Notes: a model not told the origin generated them from the sequence alone. Positions 14,067 through 28,956 are shown, counted from the first letter of the stretch. The stretch: DNA of 64,000 bases from Octopus vulgaris (GCA_951406725.2 OX597825.1:33046001-33110000), one strand, 5' to 3'. Program-made: numbers and translations.

Positions 14067-15456
14067 TCCGTTCTATATATATATTCGCAAAGCCAAACAG
14101 AAAGTAATTTCCACAAGGCAGTGATTACCACACGAGGACTTTCATACGGTTTTTATACGTCCATAAATCGGTTTAAATTGTAGGTCTGTAACCTCTTAAT
14201 CTTGTGTAAATAGCTAGTGAGTGATGGGTGTAACTGTACACGTATTTATGCAGAATTCAGAGTGGTGTGAACTCCTGTCATACATTTAGAGTTGATGTCC
14301 AAAGATTTCCATTCACCTTTTAGAGTTCTTTCTTTGTTGCCAGTCGAAGACTATGGATCGGGTTGAGCTCTTTTCTATCTCTTTTAAATGCTATTTTGTA
14401 ACTCATCACTTCTTTCTCAAATGTATCTCAAATTTCAGAACTATACGAGTAGTTGGACGTACGTTTTATAACAATGAAATTCTTGGACTTTTAATAATTT
14501 TGAAGTTTGTTCAGTAGAAAGCCTCTGACTTAGATTGGTCTTTTAATGATCCTTTCAGCGTTCACCAACTTAGTTTGGTTTGGATGGTAACAACTAGGCG
14601 TTTCATTATTTCGACGTTCTGAACATCGTCCTGGCAAGTTGTTTCTCTAAAGACTAGTCTTTTGTAATCACAATTAAGATTCTATAGTGTCTACGTCAAG
14701 ACTCCGCGCAATCTAAATGTGCTTGAAGTCTTGTGTATTTTCAAAATTTTTAATCACTTTGAAGTTGAGAATGATAACGAACAGGCACAAGCTTAATATA
14801 ATACATTAAAATGTTTCGTTTGGGTATCGGAAGAAAAGCAATGGAATCAAAACAGTTTTTTGATGGTGCTGAAGATGTAATGGTTATACTTCCAGATATG
14901 TGCTACCAACAACAAATCCAAGATTGAAAGTATTAGAAATATTCGAGTGTATTTTTCGAAAACCCCGTAGCTTACTTAATTTAAACAAACCTTTCAGTCT
15001 GTAACATTATCGAATGCTTTGGTTGTGTCTAAAATTATGCTGCCTACTTGCTGTCCTTGAAGCATTGCATGTACCAGAGTGTTTGCGAAAAATTTGATGC
15101 ACGTGTTGTATAATTTCTACTTTTTAATCTTCCATAATTTCTACTTTTTAATATTACTCATCAAGAATATTGGCTGATTCAACATTTGCCAAGATCATTT
15201 GTGTGATGATCACACTGATGGTTGCTTGTTTGCAATCCTTATGAATGTAAGAATAGTCTAGATAAAATATTGAAAATTAATATCAGAACAGGGGAAAACT
15301 AAGCTGCCAAATGTAGAATAGAGTTGATGTGGTGTCGTGTCAATTAGCATTGGATGGGTTCAGATTAGACATTCACGTAACATACGTTTGAATGTGACTA
15401 TTCGATATTGTAAACATTGTAATAATCCAATTTTCACTTAAAGCATGTTTTATAAA

Positions 15457-15660
15457 CCGTATTTTCCGGCATACAAGTCGACGTAGTAAATAATGTAAAC
15501 CTGTAGTGTAAACATTCAAAAATCGTCATTATCTTTCTAAATCCTATTGCATTTTACATGGAATTTTTTATCCTCCAAAGTGGTCTTGGTTTATAAGTCG
15601 ACCTACCTGTCTAGGCTGTAAATTTTATCTGGAAATTCGACTTGTACGCCAAAAAGTAAA
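15457..15660. mobile_element. Tc2/pogo-like MITE (~200 bp)
   Basis: TIR-like ends ACCGTATTTTCCGGCATACAAGTCGA / TCGACTTGTACGCCAAAAAGTA; homologous copy at 46962-47161. Confidence 0.7.
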
Positions 15661-16299
15661 GAATTCCTTTATTAATCTTTAAATTCATTCTAAAATTTTC
15701 GGTGTTCTTTGTCATTTCAAGATCTTCCCGATAAAACATTTTTTGTGACGACTGCTATTGCTGATTGCTTTAGAGGAATACTGCCCTGCATGTTTCTTAT
15801 TCATTATCTCAGTTGACTTCGAAATGTAGCAATCAGGAAATGGTTTAGCCGTTGGCATCTGTAAATAGACAAGTTATAAACTACATGATTTGAACTGTTA
15901 TATTCGCAAACTGAATAATACTATATTTCGGTACGGACAATCCAGTCATCTACAAAAACATGAACCATTCAAAACATTATATCATGACACACCAAACAGT
16001 ATTTTATAAAACCCAACACTATTAGTCTATAACACAATGAACTTATATGAACATCTCTCTGAAACAGCAACGCTTAGTGATTGAATCAATACTAATAGCA
16101 AAATATACGCAACATTTAACACATAGATAAAGCACATCCTACAAACATACGGATAGCAGACACCATAGCCAACGTATTTCCTGATTGTTAAAAGAGATCT
16201 GACTCGAGCGATCAGAAAATTTTAAACATTAGTGATAGCGAAGGCGACACTCACAATAGCCTCCTCAGATTATCGCTAAAATTTATTGATACATACCTG

Positions 16300-16353
<54 letters not shown>

Positions 16354-16401
16354 GATAAATATCAAAGCGAGTTATATACAGTAGCGGTAACACATCGTGA
16401 C

Positions 16402-16530
16402 GTATATTTGCCATTTCAATATGGCTACCCCTAAGTGTGTCTATGGCCAGCTGGAGGAGTGTGTCCTCCTGGGGCTAAAAACTACAGTAGCATCCACCCT
16501 TAGGGGTAGCCATATTGAAATGGCAAATAT

Positions 16531-16532
<2 letters not shown>
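16402..16532. mobile_element. Miniature inverted-repeat element with 34-bp perfect arms next to (TA)n
   Basis: GTATATTTGCCATTTCAATATGGCTACCCCTAAG and its exact reverse complement at 16499-16532; a decayed relative lies at ~25030-25125. Confidence 0.85.
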
Positions 16533-16597
<65 letters not shown>

Positions 16598-16626
16598 ACA
16601 ACATATAACATTGATAGAAACACAGA

Positions 16627-16827
16627 AAATGGAATATACCAGAAACTTTATTGTTCACAACGATCGTTTCGACGCATCCTGCAATGATCCCTCGCGGGTG
16701 GGATACTGCACAACTGGCTATGGTCTGTCCCCACCGAGGGGTGCACAGTATCCCACCTGCGAGGGAGCGATGCAGGATGGGCTGAAACAATCGTTGTGAA
16801 CAATAAAGTTTCTCGAAAATTCCATTT
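16627..16827. mobile_element. ~200-bp imperfect fold-back element with degenerate hammerhead-like halves
   Basis: AGAAACTTTATTGTTCACAACGAT..TCCCTCGCGGGTGGGATACTG pairs with CAGTATCCCACCTGCGAGGGA..ATCGTTGTGAACAATAAAGTTTCT. Confidence 0.8.
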
Positions 16828-18131
16828 CCCGTCTCCATCATTTGCTACGTACTCAACGTACACTGAGGAATTCTCAATGTAGATCTAATTGTATTAATAC
16901 GGTAGATGACGTCAGATAGCCATATACAGTGATCGTGCTTTAATGGTTTACTACTAGGAACATACCCAACCCTTAAATATATACACACACATATAGATAC
17001 ATATACAATATCTGTCTGCGTGTGTGTGTTTGTGTGTGTGTGTGTGTACATATACATATAAAGAAAACCCAATAATAATACTTCGTGCGGAAGATCTTGA
17101 AATGCTTTTGTATGAACATGTCTGAGCGCGTGCGCACGTGTGTGTGTGTGTGCATCCGTGTGCGTGCATCTGCGTGTGGGGTGGTGCATGTGTGTGTGTG
17201 CCTGTTGGTTTGCATGTTTGTGTGCATGAATGTATGTGTACTTGTATGTGTGCGCCCTGACATACAAAGATGGACACCTTGCTGGAGATCAGCAAATTTT
17301 ATTCTGAAATGACACTGCCTTTTGTCCATAATGAAGACACTATGCGATCATCTCGTCCAATCCAGCTTGGTAGCTGAAACTTGGTAGCATCACTGATTAG
17401 GAGGAGCAAATCATCACTTTAAAAAGCGAGGGTCTTTGTGAAACTATTAAGTTCTTTTTCCAGATAGCAGTGTTGAGCTCTATTTCCATCTGTGGGTCTT
17501 CAAAACCCATTCCATCTTTAAAACTCAAATCTTATTTGTTCAAATGTCTTAATTCACCTTTCAATTTTATTAAATGTTGTGTGTGATGGCTGTTGTGCAA
17601 GTCATCACGTTGAACTCATCACGCACAGAGGCATCCACCGCCAAGTGTATACACTTTCCTTGGTCAGTGGGGAATTGCCACCATAAATGTATATGTATAT
17701 ATGTGTGCATAAATATATAATTATATTTATATAATATTGTGTTTGTATGTATATGTATATATATATATATATATATATAAAATTTATATATATAATTTAT
17801 ATATATATACACGCTAATATTGAACTGTGAGAATGAGTGCTCAACACTGCATTGCTGGATATATATTATTTGTGCGTTACCAAGACTACCTTTCGTTTTA
17901 TGTCGAGAATTCTCGGCAATTATCCAGCCTGCCACATGGTACGTTGGTACTTGTCACCAATTTATATGTATAGTTTCTGCGAATGTATTAAGCATATTCG
18001 GCTCACTATATTTAACGCCACCAAAACATTCGAGAAAATCATAATCATCAGGCAGTCTTATATTTCCCTTCCAAATAAATAAATATACGCCATTCTGTAT
18101 AAGTAAAACAATTGTGTTGCATGTGAGTGTG

Positions 18132-18205
<74 letters not shown>

Positions 18206-18222
18206 TGATGATGATGATGATG

Positions 18223-18520
18223 ATAATTTCTTAAGTAATGAAAAGGTGGATTTGACATTAATCTTTTCGTACAACGGCCGTTTCTCTAACCAGACGGGCA
18301 TATAACATGACAGCCAAAAGACAGCATCTTTAGCGAGACAGAAACCTTTATGTATAGCTGTACCTGATGAGACCCAGACTGCAAAATTGATGCAACACAA
18401 CATGTTGAAAGGAGTCCCACCCATAAGAGACAGTAGTAATATGGGCCGAAACGACCGTTGTACAGAATAAGGATTAAAGCAAAATCCATCTTCTCGTTAC
18501 TTAAGAAATTATTATTATTA
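18223..18520. mobile_element. Inverted-repeat element (~62-bp imperfect arms) in an (AAT)n/(ATT)n tract, carrying a hammerhead ribozyme
   Basis: Left arm 18223-18284 ATAATTTCTTAAGTAA..GTACAACGGCCGTTTC; right arm 18448-18513 GAAACGACCGTTGTAC..TTACTTAAGAAATTAT. Confidence 0.8.
18358..18465 (+). ncRNA. Type I hammerhead ribozyme motif with extended stem II
   Basis: Stem I CTGTAC/GTACAG; core CTGATGA (18364-70); stem II closed by GACCCA/TGGGCC; GAAA (18448-51); stem III A-CGACCG-T; cleavage triplet GUU. Confidence 0.7.
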
Positions 18521-18670
18521 TCTGAACCAACACTGTGGAATTCCTGAAGTAGATCCAACGGAAATATACCTCTACTGCGGATGACACCAGGTAGCCCAAA
18601 TTGTGCCAGTGCTCTACTCAGCACTTCAACACACTAAGTGACATATACCCATTAGTCCAAAAATATTATA

Positions 18671-18715
<45 letters not shown>

Positions 18716-18832
18716 CGACATACATATATACATATTTATATATATGTATGTACGTATTACTTATAAATGTATTCACACATTCATCTTTGCCATATATTCT
18801 AACACAGACACACACTCACATATGTGTGTGTA

Positions 18833-18870
<38 letters not shown>

Positions 18871-19006
18871 AAGTGAGAGAGGGGGAGGGAGGGAGAGAAA
18901 ATTTCAATATCCCAGTTCGGACTGGATAATTGCTTAATTCAGCGGGAATGATGTGTATTCTATGACAGTTTCAATTACTTTATACATGTGTGTGTGTGTG
19001 TGTATC

Positions 19007-19110
<104 letters not shown>

Positions 19111-19668
19111 GTTTTTGTATGTGCATGTCTGCTTCTCCGTCTTAAGAAATTGTTTTTCTTTTAAAAATGACTTGAAACTATATTATTAGTTTCGTTTTTT
19201 TTTTTTCTTTTTTGGCGGCTTATTTTCGTGTTCATATTTATTTTGGGCTCTGCCAGCATTCCATGCTTGCATCACAGTCACAAGGAACACCAAGCATCTA
19301 GAAATATTAATAAAATCTAAAACTTCATTGTTACACTGTTTCGAAAAAAAATTTGCAAGGATATCATATGTGAAAATATCAGACCGCACCCAAGAAAAAG
19401 TTGATAAAAAAAGATTTGCCTAGAGAACAGTCGTGTTTTCAAAACAAGTATTGTGTGTGTGTATCTATACCTATCTATCGAGTTATCTACATATGTATAT
19501 ACATTTACATATATATATATATATATAAATTAGAGATAAAACCACTATTATGCAACTCAAACAGTGATAGACATAAACCAAAACATAAATAACAAATTAA
19601 TACTCCCTAATAGTATTATATATATATATGTATATATATATATATGCGTGTGTGTGTGTGTGTTTATG

Positions 19669-19705
<37 letters not shown>

Positions 19706-20503
19706 ACATTAATTTTTACAAAGTAAAAATTCACAAAGACTTCGAAGTTTCGCTTTGCTCGCCGTCATTAGCCAGTCCGATGCTGGCAAACGAATCGAAA
19801 CTTCGAAAGCTAAGCCAATCCTTTCTTTGTCAAAATTAATAAATAACTATGTTACTCTACTAAAACGTATTGAGGAAGCCTCTAGTCAAATAGTTTTTAC
19901 ATATAACTTGACATAAAAACAAATATTAAGTACATACAAATATATGCACATGAGGGCATATATGTATATGTGTACGTGTGTGTGTGTGTGTGTGTGTGTG
20001 TGTACCTTTCTGTCACTCGTGTTCCAATCGATCAATATCCAAATATGGATCAAATTCTTTATAATTCTCTCTGTGACTCTACATACCGTCGAACTCAAAT
20101 TGCAATCCTACAACCCCGTCTTCAACCCCATCGATAGAAAGATGTCTGACCAAACTGGGCTATAAACGTATTTTTTTTCTATGTGTTTTTATTTTGTTTT
20201 TATATTTTCTTTTTCATATTACTCGTTATTGATGTTGTTGTCATTGTTGGTGTTTTTGTTAATCTTTTACATGACATCAATTTTTTTCCGAAGTGTATAC
20301 GGACATCATCGATGAAGTTGACGATGGCGTTGTCGATGCCGACGACGGCGACAACGGTTGTGAAGATGATGATGATGATGATGATGATAATAATAATAAT
20401 GATGATGATGATGACGACGATGTCGACGACGACGACAACTACTTTGATGATAATGAGATTTTCTAACAATAATAATAATAATAATAATAATAAAGAAAAA
20501 TGT

Positions 20504-20558
<55 letters not shown>

Positions 20559-20790
20559 GTGGTGAAAATGTCCAATAATGTTCAATTCTAACACGCACGC
20601 CCACACATGCTGACATACGCAAAGTGCACCTGTAACACGCTCATACATACTCAAGCTCACACACACACACACACACGCGCGCATGCATACATACACACAC
20701 GGTAACCCTGAATACTACTTCCACTATTATTGTTTTTACTACTACTACCACTACCACTACAGCTATCCAGTCTGTATTTTTCAAAGGCCA

Positions 20791-20868
<78 letters not shown>

Positions 20869-20984
20869 GTATGTATATATGTGATGAAGATTGTTGAGAA
20901 ACCTAACCCACCTCCCATCACCTAAAAGGGCAAACACCGTTTTTTTATACAATGTTTTTCTCCTTTTATCTTGACAAAATGGTT

Positions 20985-20991
20985 AATAATG

Positions 20992-21073
<82 letters not shown>
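20985..21073. repeat. (AAT)n microsatellite
   Basis: Direct reading; other AAT/ATT arrays at ~18133, 20507, 32810, 33325 and 37170. Confidence 0.95.
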
Positions 21074-21075
<2 letters not shown>

Positions 21076-22503
21076 GAAAATATGAGTCAGACATAAGGTT
21101 TTGTATTAAATATGAAAACAAAACATATATTTATATATATGTTAATTTTTTTTTTCCTCTTGAGAGACGAAAAATAAAAGGAATGAAAAAAAAAGACAAA
21201 TTAGAAATATAGGAAATGGTATTGATAAAAATCTATATCTGATGTAACTCGATGTATTGAAAGTTTAAAAAAAAAAGTAAAATGATGAAAAAATAATAAT
21301 TCAGATGATTTCGCAAAAAAATGTAGTTATATGATTAAAATATGTAAATGAAAAACTGAAAAACAGACTTCAGCCATATCGTTCGATGTTTGATAGTGAT
21401 ATTACGTCTAGCACCGTACAACAAGACTTCCGGTTGTTGAAAACTTATACAATATGGTTTCACCTGAAAGTTGAGAGCGTTTTATTTCAGTTTCAGTTTC
21501 TCTTGCTAATATTCTTGCAAAAGTTAATGAATGTCTCAACTTTTTATTCTCTTTTCTTGAAAATATAGGGCCGTAGTACCCAGTCACGAATTAACTGATA
21601 TTTTCTTGGTCAGATTAGACACGACCTATCTTATATGTTGGGCGCTATTACAAAACGCCTCGATATTCTGAATTCAAGCATTACCGGGACTGACTTTGTC
21701 CTCCATGTCCTTCCATTGGATGTGATCGATACGATAACTATCATATATATTCTGAAACCCATTTAATCGATTATATGCCTCCTCATATGAAAGTTTTCGT
21801 TGTGCCTATGTAACAAAAAAAAATGAAAATTAATTTTGAAACATGTTCAGTAACGCAGACACCGCGCGTTGTTTCTTTTTTTTTTTCGATTCATTATCTC
21901 TGTAAGTGATAATGAACATCACAAATTCTCATTTGCCTCCTCTGTAAATTTGTGGCATTGTGCCTAAATAACAATTTGATGTTAAGCATGTGAAAACATA
22001 CGTATTCTTCATTAAATTCTAAGACAAGACGCCTTTATCTAAAAATACATTTATAAATGAAATACAGGAATCATTTGTGGCTATATAATTACATATGGAA
22101 CGCCTTACAAAAACATTGATTTGTTTTCATTTTTTTTCAACTTTTTAAAATTCTAAACTCACCAAAAAGAACGTAATAAAAAGGGGGCCTTTCATCTTTT
22201 ACTTATCATTTTTTTAATTATAATTTTTCATTTTTTTATTATTATTTTTCATCAAATGAGAATAAGAAATTTCGAAGAATATTTCAAAGAGTTTTGCCTT
22301 AGCTACCTCAGGTAAATGCAACTCTCGAGAAGAACGACTTTTGATTTGGCAATGATCTAAGACTGGAAGCAGTCAATATAAACAATCAATATACATATAT
22401 ATATATATGTATATATATATGTGTGTGTGTGTATTTATATATACATATATATGTATATATATATATGTGTATATATATATGTCATGTACGTATTAGTATA
22501 TTG

Positions 22504-22549
<46 letters not shown>

Positions 22550-22668
22550 CATGTATATATATGTATGTATATGTCTATATATATATCATACACATATATA
22601 CAGTACTATTGCATTACAGTGTCCAGGGTTCCCATATATATGCATACATGTAGATAGATAGACATATT

Positions 22669-22751
<83 letters not shown>

Positions 22752-23082
22752 TTACACGTATACTGACATGCCTCCATCACACCGACATTCTGCAATGCAA
22801 ATATTTAGATAAATACGCGCAGTTGTGCAGATTTTGATTATCCCTACTAATTTTTGCCACCTGAGTGAGCGTAGTAACAATTATTTATATAACTGTTAGA
22901 TGAAATGGAGCACTGCTTGAAACGTCGCTTTATAAGTATAAATATATATATATACTAGAGTTAAGGAATGGAGTAGATAACATCCAGGTTACATATGTTT
23001 CATAGCGAGCAGAGCGTCGGAAGTGTTAAATATCCAGGCTACACTTTACCTCGATCCTTTGGATCTTATATTCATATATGCT

Positions 23083-23385
23083 GAGAAACCCCCTTCGGTC
23101 ATGAAAGTTACCCTCCCAGGCACAAGTCTGAGCAAGACCAGCAGTCGCCCATGCATACTGGCCTCCCCTCTCCACGCCACCAGTGTTATCCAAGGGAAAA
23201 GCAAAGGGGCCGATACAGCTTGGCCCCTGTGACGTCACAACTCATTTCTACAGCTAGTGAACTGGAGCAACGTGAAATAAAGTGTCTTGCTCAAAAACAC
23301 AACACGCAGCCCGGTCCGGGATTCGAACTCACAACCTCACGATCGAAAGGTCGACGTCCTACCCACTGAGCCATGCACCTTCACT
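23083..23385 (-). mobile_element. tRNA-derived SINE family C
   Basis: Minus-strand head GCATGGCTCAGTGGGTAGG..GAGTTCGAATCCCCGG followed by GTGTTGTGTTTTTGAGCAAGACACTTTATTTCACGTTGCTCCAG, shared with the 51647 copy. Confidence 0.8.
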
Positions 23386-24429
23386 TATTCAAATGAGATA
23401 GAGATAGAAACCTTGGAATTTTTATAAACATAACAACAGGTTTAGAAATTGCTCTCAGGTGTTTCAGCAGGTAATCTTGGTGTATACGGGATATGTTTGT
23501 TTATTTTAGTTGCCATTCTTTGCTGAGTTTAAAGTGAAGTATAATCGCCCATATTGGAAATGCGTGCGCACCTAATTGGTACTGTTTGTGTTCTGAGACA
23601 CACAAATAGAGACACACATCGAGAGAGATATGTAGCAATATCGATTTCAAGATCATTAAATAGATAGACGGACAGACAGACAGATAGATAGATAGTCAAG
23701 GAGATAATTAAATAGCCATTAGTAAATGAATGTGTTGAGGGAGTAGCTGTTTGTGAATGAAAATCAGCGAATGGAAAATATATTCGTCTTATTGGACTGC
23801 TAATAATTATTCCGATTATATAGCATGATGCCATTGACTTAACTCTCAAAACTTAAATTTTTCTATCATAAATATTTTGTTTGTTGGTCATAAATTCTAG
23901 GAGTCGGGTGGTCTCCCTATCCAACATCCATAAAAATACCTCTCATTTCCCATTATTTTTTGCAAAATGTTTCTATATTTTACTGATTCTAAAGCGAATT
24001 CTGCATTGTCAGTAATTCTGATTTGCCAGTAATGAGCTTTGATATGGTTTTATACCTATATTTCTTGGAATTACAGGACTGTGATCTTGATTTCCTAACA
24101 ATAATTCCTAATTCAGAACTTCCTGAGTGGTGCATGTTGCTGTGTTCATATTTATAGAGTATTTGTACATTGTCAGTGCCTCTCGTACTTCTTGTACTTC
24201 GAATTCCAGATTTTTTACTTATTTCAGATGACTTAACCCTATTCGTTATTAGCAGCGGAAGCAATATTAGTTCTGAATAGCATTCTGCATATCTTACCAC
24301 AACACGGCAGTATTCCTATTGAGAAAGCATCTAAAAAATCCCTTTACATTTGTTCCAGATTTTCTTCTGTGTTTCTTTAATTCATTATCTTCTCCAGTTT
24401 GGTTCATTCATTGCAAATGCATACTCCAC

Positions 24430-24712
24430 GCGTACCCGAGTGGTTAGGATATTGCACTCACGATCGCAAGCTTGGTGTTTCAATTCCAAGACCAGAGAGT
24501 GGTTGGCACTTCACTTTACGTTTTCTCTGTAATCACTTCGACATCTGACGTGTGGCACACCGTGCACCTTTACAGGTAATATCGATATGATGGAGTGAGT
24601 TAACTCATGTACAGCACAACCATTTTATCATTATTAAACGAATCACCAGTGCAACTTGTTCAGCTAGAAATAGCAGAATCCTCATCTGTTATTTATGACA
24701 GGAGAGTCCAAG
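24430..24712 (+). mobile_element. Diverged tRNA-headed SINE (different body)
   Basis: GCGT..GAGTGGTTAGG..CACGATCG..GTTTCAATTCC head followed by a non-simple body. Confidence 0.5.
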
Positions 24713-25494
24713 AATATCAATTATACAATCAGTGGAGCATGTTATTCTAGCTGAACAACCCTTCTGGTATAAATCATTGTTGTGTCTAGATTCTGGAGAC
24801 AATTATATTCTTGCTCCCAAGGATTTCTTGAAACTTGGGAAATTTTCCCGTTTATTATAATCTTAGTTTTCTATATATTACTTTCCACTTTACAATCTAG
24901 CAAACCTTTACAAAAGCGCGCAAATATGCATATAAAAACACATACATACATATATTTCTTCAAATATACATATGCGTGTATGTGTAATATCTATTAGATA
25001 CATATACATATATATATAAGGACACAGATATTGTGTCGTATAGCCAGCTGGAAATGATGTTTCCTGAGGCTAAGCAACATTGACAATCGTCCCATCCAGG
25101 ACAGCCACATTATGTTGGCAAATAGCCTTTACTTTAAAGAACTGTCACTGAATATCTCTCTTTGAGAGATTTAGACATTATAATGTAGCTGTTTAATAAT
25201 ATTTCGCTGTTCCTGCCTCTAGTTTACGTTAAGAGTACATCACCCGTGTCTGTGAAATACTCAGCCACTTGCCTTATAGTTCAGTGGGTAAGCATTGCAT
25301 ACGAAAGAACAACTACAGTCCTTATGAAGAACTGGAATATTTATCGTCGAACTCGCCGAAAGCGACTGATACGCATTTACTTATATTCACTTTCTCTTGG
25401 ACCTTTCCATTCATATATACATACGTATAGACATATTTGTATACGCGTATGTGTTAAATTATACATATGATATATATATATATATTAGAACATA

Positions 25495-25556
<62 letters not shown>

Positions 25557-25561
<5 letters not shown>

Positions 25562-25602
25562 TGTTATATTTCGGAATGGTCATTCCGAAATATAACAATA
25601 TA
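25557..25602. repeat. 46-bp palindrome between (TA)n tracts, made of a Penelope-like terminus folded back on itself
   Basis: TATATTGTTATATTTCGGAATG-GT-CATTCCGAAATATAACAATATA; the arm matches the terminus CCATCCCGAAATACAACAATATA at ~57156-57178. Confidence 0.7.
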
Positions 25603-25654
25603 TGTTTCAACACACGACTTCACATAAAAAATCTTGCACAACAAATATATAAAC

Positions 25655-25826
<172 letters not shown>

Positions 25827-26101
25827 CACACACACACATAAGTTGGGGTTGTTGATAAAAGACTCGCTACAATACTTTTCCTCGCTCTGAGTTCGAAACC
25901 TACCTATGTCAACTTTGTCATTTATCCGTTTAGACTCTAGGGCAGTGGATTATAAGTCACATGACGTACCTTGAGGTATTTGTTCCAAGTCTCTACGTTC
26001 TAAGTTAAAATCCGTTGAGGTCTGCTTCATCTTTAACGGCGGTACCCTAGCATGGCTGAACCTCTGAAGCTGAAAGTAGTTAGATAGTTTTATATAAATA
26101 A

Positions 26102-26136
<35 letters not shown>

Positions 26137-26398
26137 CGTATTAAACACATGCACGTTTTCAGAAATGTAAAATACACTAAAACACTTGTATGCATGGTAA
26201 ATGAAAAAAATGAAAACAAGAAATGAGGCTCTAACGGAATCAGCTTTGCTTTATCATCAGCGAGTTACAAAAAAAGTTTCATGAATACATAGAAGCATTT
26301 TTTTCTTTGTTTGTTTGTTTTTTGGGGGGGGGGGTTCGAGGCAAGAAAATTTAATAATACAAAGGGAGAAGGAGGAAAGAGAGAGAGAAAGTGTGTGT

Positions 26399-26431
<33 letters not shown>

Positions 26432-26710
26432 CAGAATACGTTGAACTGATGCACAGAGCCAGAGAGAGACAGATTTACAGCAGCGGAGGATGAAGTAGAT
26501 AAGATGGAGGTTGTGAAGAGAAAAATTGAGAAAAGGAGAGAGTTAAAACTTATCATGAAATAAAGAAGTAAAGGAGACTTTGTTTATCGAAGACTATTTA
26601 TTATTAATCTTTTAATTTCATGATGAAATTTGATGTCGCTTAAGAACTGAAAACATTTCTGTTTAAATAAAGGCCTTGCATCATATTTCAATGCTAAACA
26701 TTAAGAAATA

Positions 26711-26776
<66 letters not shown>

Positions 26777-26797
26777 ATATATATATGTACATATGTG

Positions 26798-26830
<33 letters not shown>

Positions 26831-26835
26831 GTACA

Positions 26836-26892
<57 letters not shown>

Positions 26893-26909
26893 GATATAAT
26901 GTTTTATAC

Positions 26910-27000
<91 letters not shown>

Positions 27001-27264
27001 GCAGACAGACAGACAACAATTGAGAGAGAGAACAGCACAGAAGGGTTAGAGCGAGATAAATAAGTTTGATAGATAAATATACTCACATACTGCACACATA
27101 TGCGGTTATGTGCGTGTGTTTTATGTATGACTATAAAATACATAAACATATTGAATTATTTCCATTCTTTTGTAACCATAGTAAGACGCTCAATATTTAG
27201 AATATAATCTCTTTATGTTTGCGATAAGCGGCAAAACGATACAATGCTGCAAATACTTACATAC

Positions 27265-27329
<65 letters not shown>

Positions 27330-28343
27330 CGTATATATATGCATATACATATGTATATATACACACATACATACACATATATACATAGATAGATATGTAT
27401 ATGTACGTATGTATGTGTGTATGAAATCTTCCTTTGAAAAGAAGTAAATTTGTTGGTATATTTTGTGACACTCTTCAGTAAACTTGATTCGTTTCTCGCC
27501 TAAATGTCTATCAGTAAATAGATTCAATTGCTTATTCACTCAATGATGTTTAATACACTCTTTATTGAAAAACAAATTTCATTGGCTTCGATGTAGTTTC
27601 TTTGTACATAGCACAAATAATACAAGCGAGGTATTATGAATGAGATAGATATTCATACGGAGTGGATCATTGACAAAATATTAGAATAGCAAAATGGTGG
27701 CATAGCAAAATAATAAAACGTCGGAATAAGACGTTTTCAGACTTTAGTTTCATCCCTCACTGTTCTGATTTCGAATACCATTGTCTTCCATTATGTAAAT
27801 TGTTCTGCATATTCTTTCATAATTTATTAAAAGGAGCCTTTGAAGAACAAGTTAAATTTAATAAAATATATATTACATTGAGTTAGAAGCAATTAGGGTA
27901 TGTGTATATCCACAGTTTTTAGAAGACTCTAAGTAATAAACTGAATATTATTCAAAAAGAAATAGTACAGAATAAGTCTTTACTTACCAACTACTGAAGT
28001 TTGAATTTATAGATAGATACGGTCGAACAAAATATTTCTTGATATTTCCCGAATAAAATCGATCAACATAAAACTGACTGGTTTAAAGGATTTAAGGAAA
28101 TGCTGTCTTCGCATCCATAGAAATAAGCATTGCATTCCCTGGACACTGAAAAATCTTCAATACATTTTAATTCCAATGCATAAACTTAATTGCAAGCAAT
28201 ATATATACATATATATATGAAGAGAGAGTGGGAGATATATATATATATATACATACATACATATATACAAATGACATATATATACATACATATTTCATAT
28301 ATTTATCTATGTACATATACAAACGTACATATATATACATATA

Positions 28344-28442
<99 letters not shown>

Positions 28443-28851
28443 GGCATATATCGTACATATACAGACTATATTAAATATTTTTAGAAAGTGGGTGCCATGC
28501 TTACTGACATTACTGCGTGTTCATTTTGCTCCTCTGTTTTAGTTTTTGAAGAAAATTTATAATATTGTGTTTTGTACAACATTTTGTCATGTTATTTAAA
28601 CATTTCTTTGAGGATATTTTTCTGTCTGGTGCATTTCCGATTTGCAAAAATTATGGCGCTCTATGTACCCTTACATATATGTTTTCTTTTTATTGATGGG
28701 TAACTCTCTGTATTTATTGCTGCCAGTAAGCATATCAATGTCTCCAACATACAATTTTTTTTAATTAACACACAGTTACTGAAATACGGATAAACACATA
28801 CACACACATATCCCAATATATATATATGTGTGTGTGTTTGTGAGTGTGTGT

Positions 28852-28900
<49 letters not shown>

Positions 28901-28907
28901 CACATAC

Positions 28908-28956
<49 letters not shown>

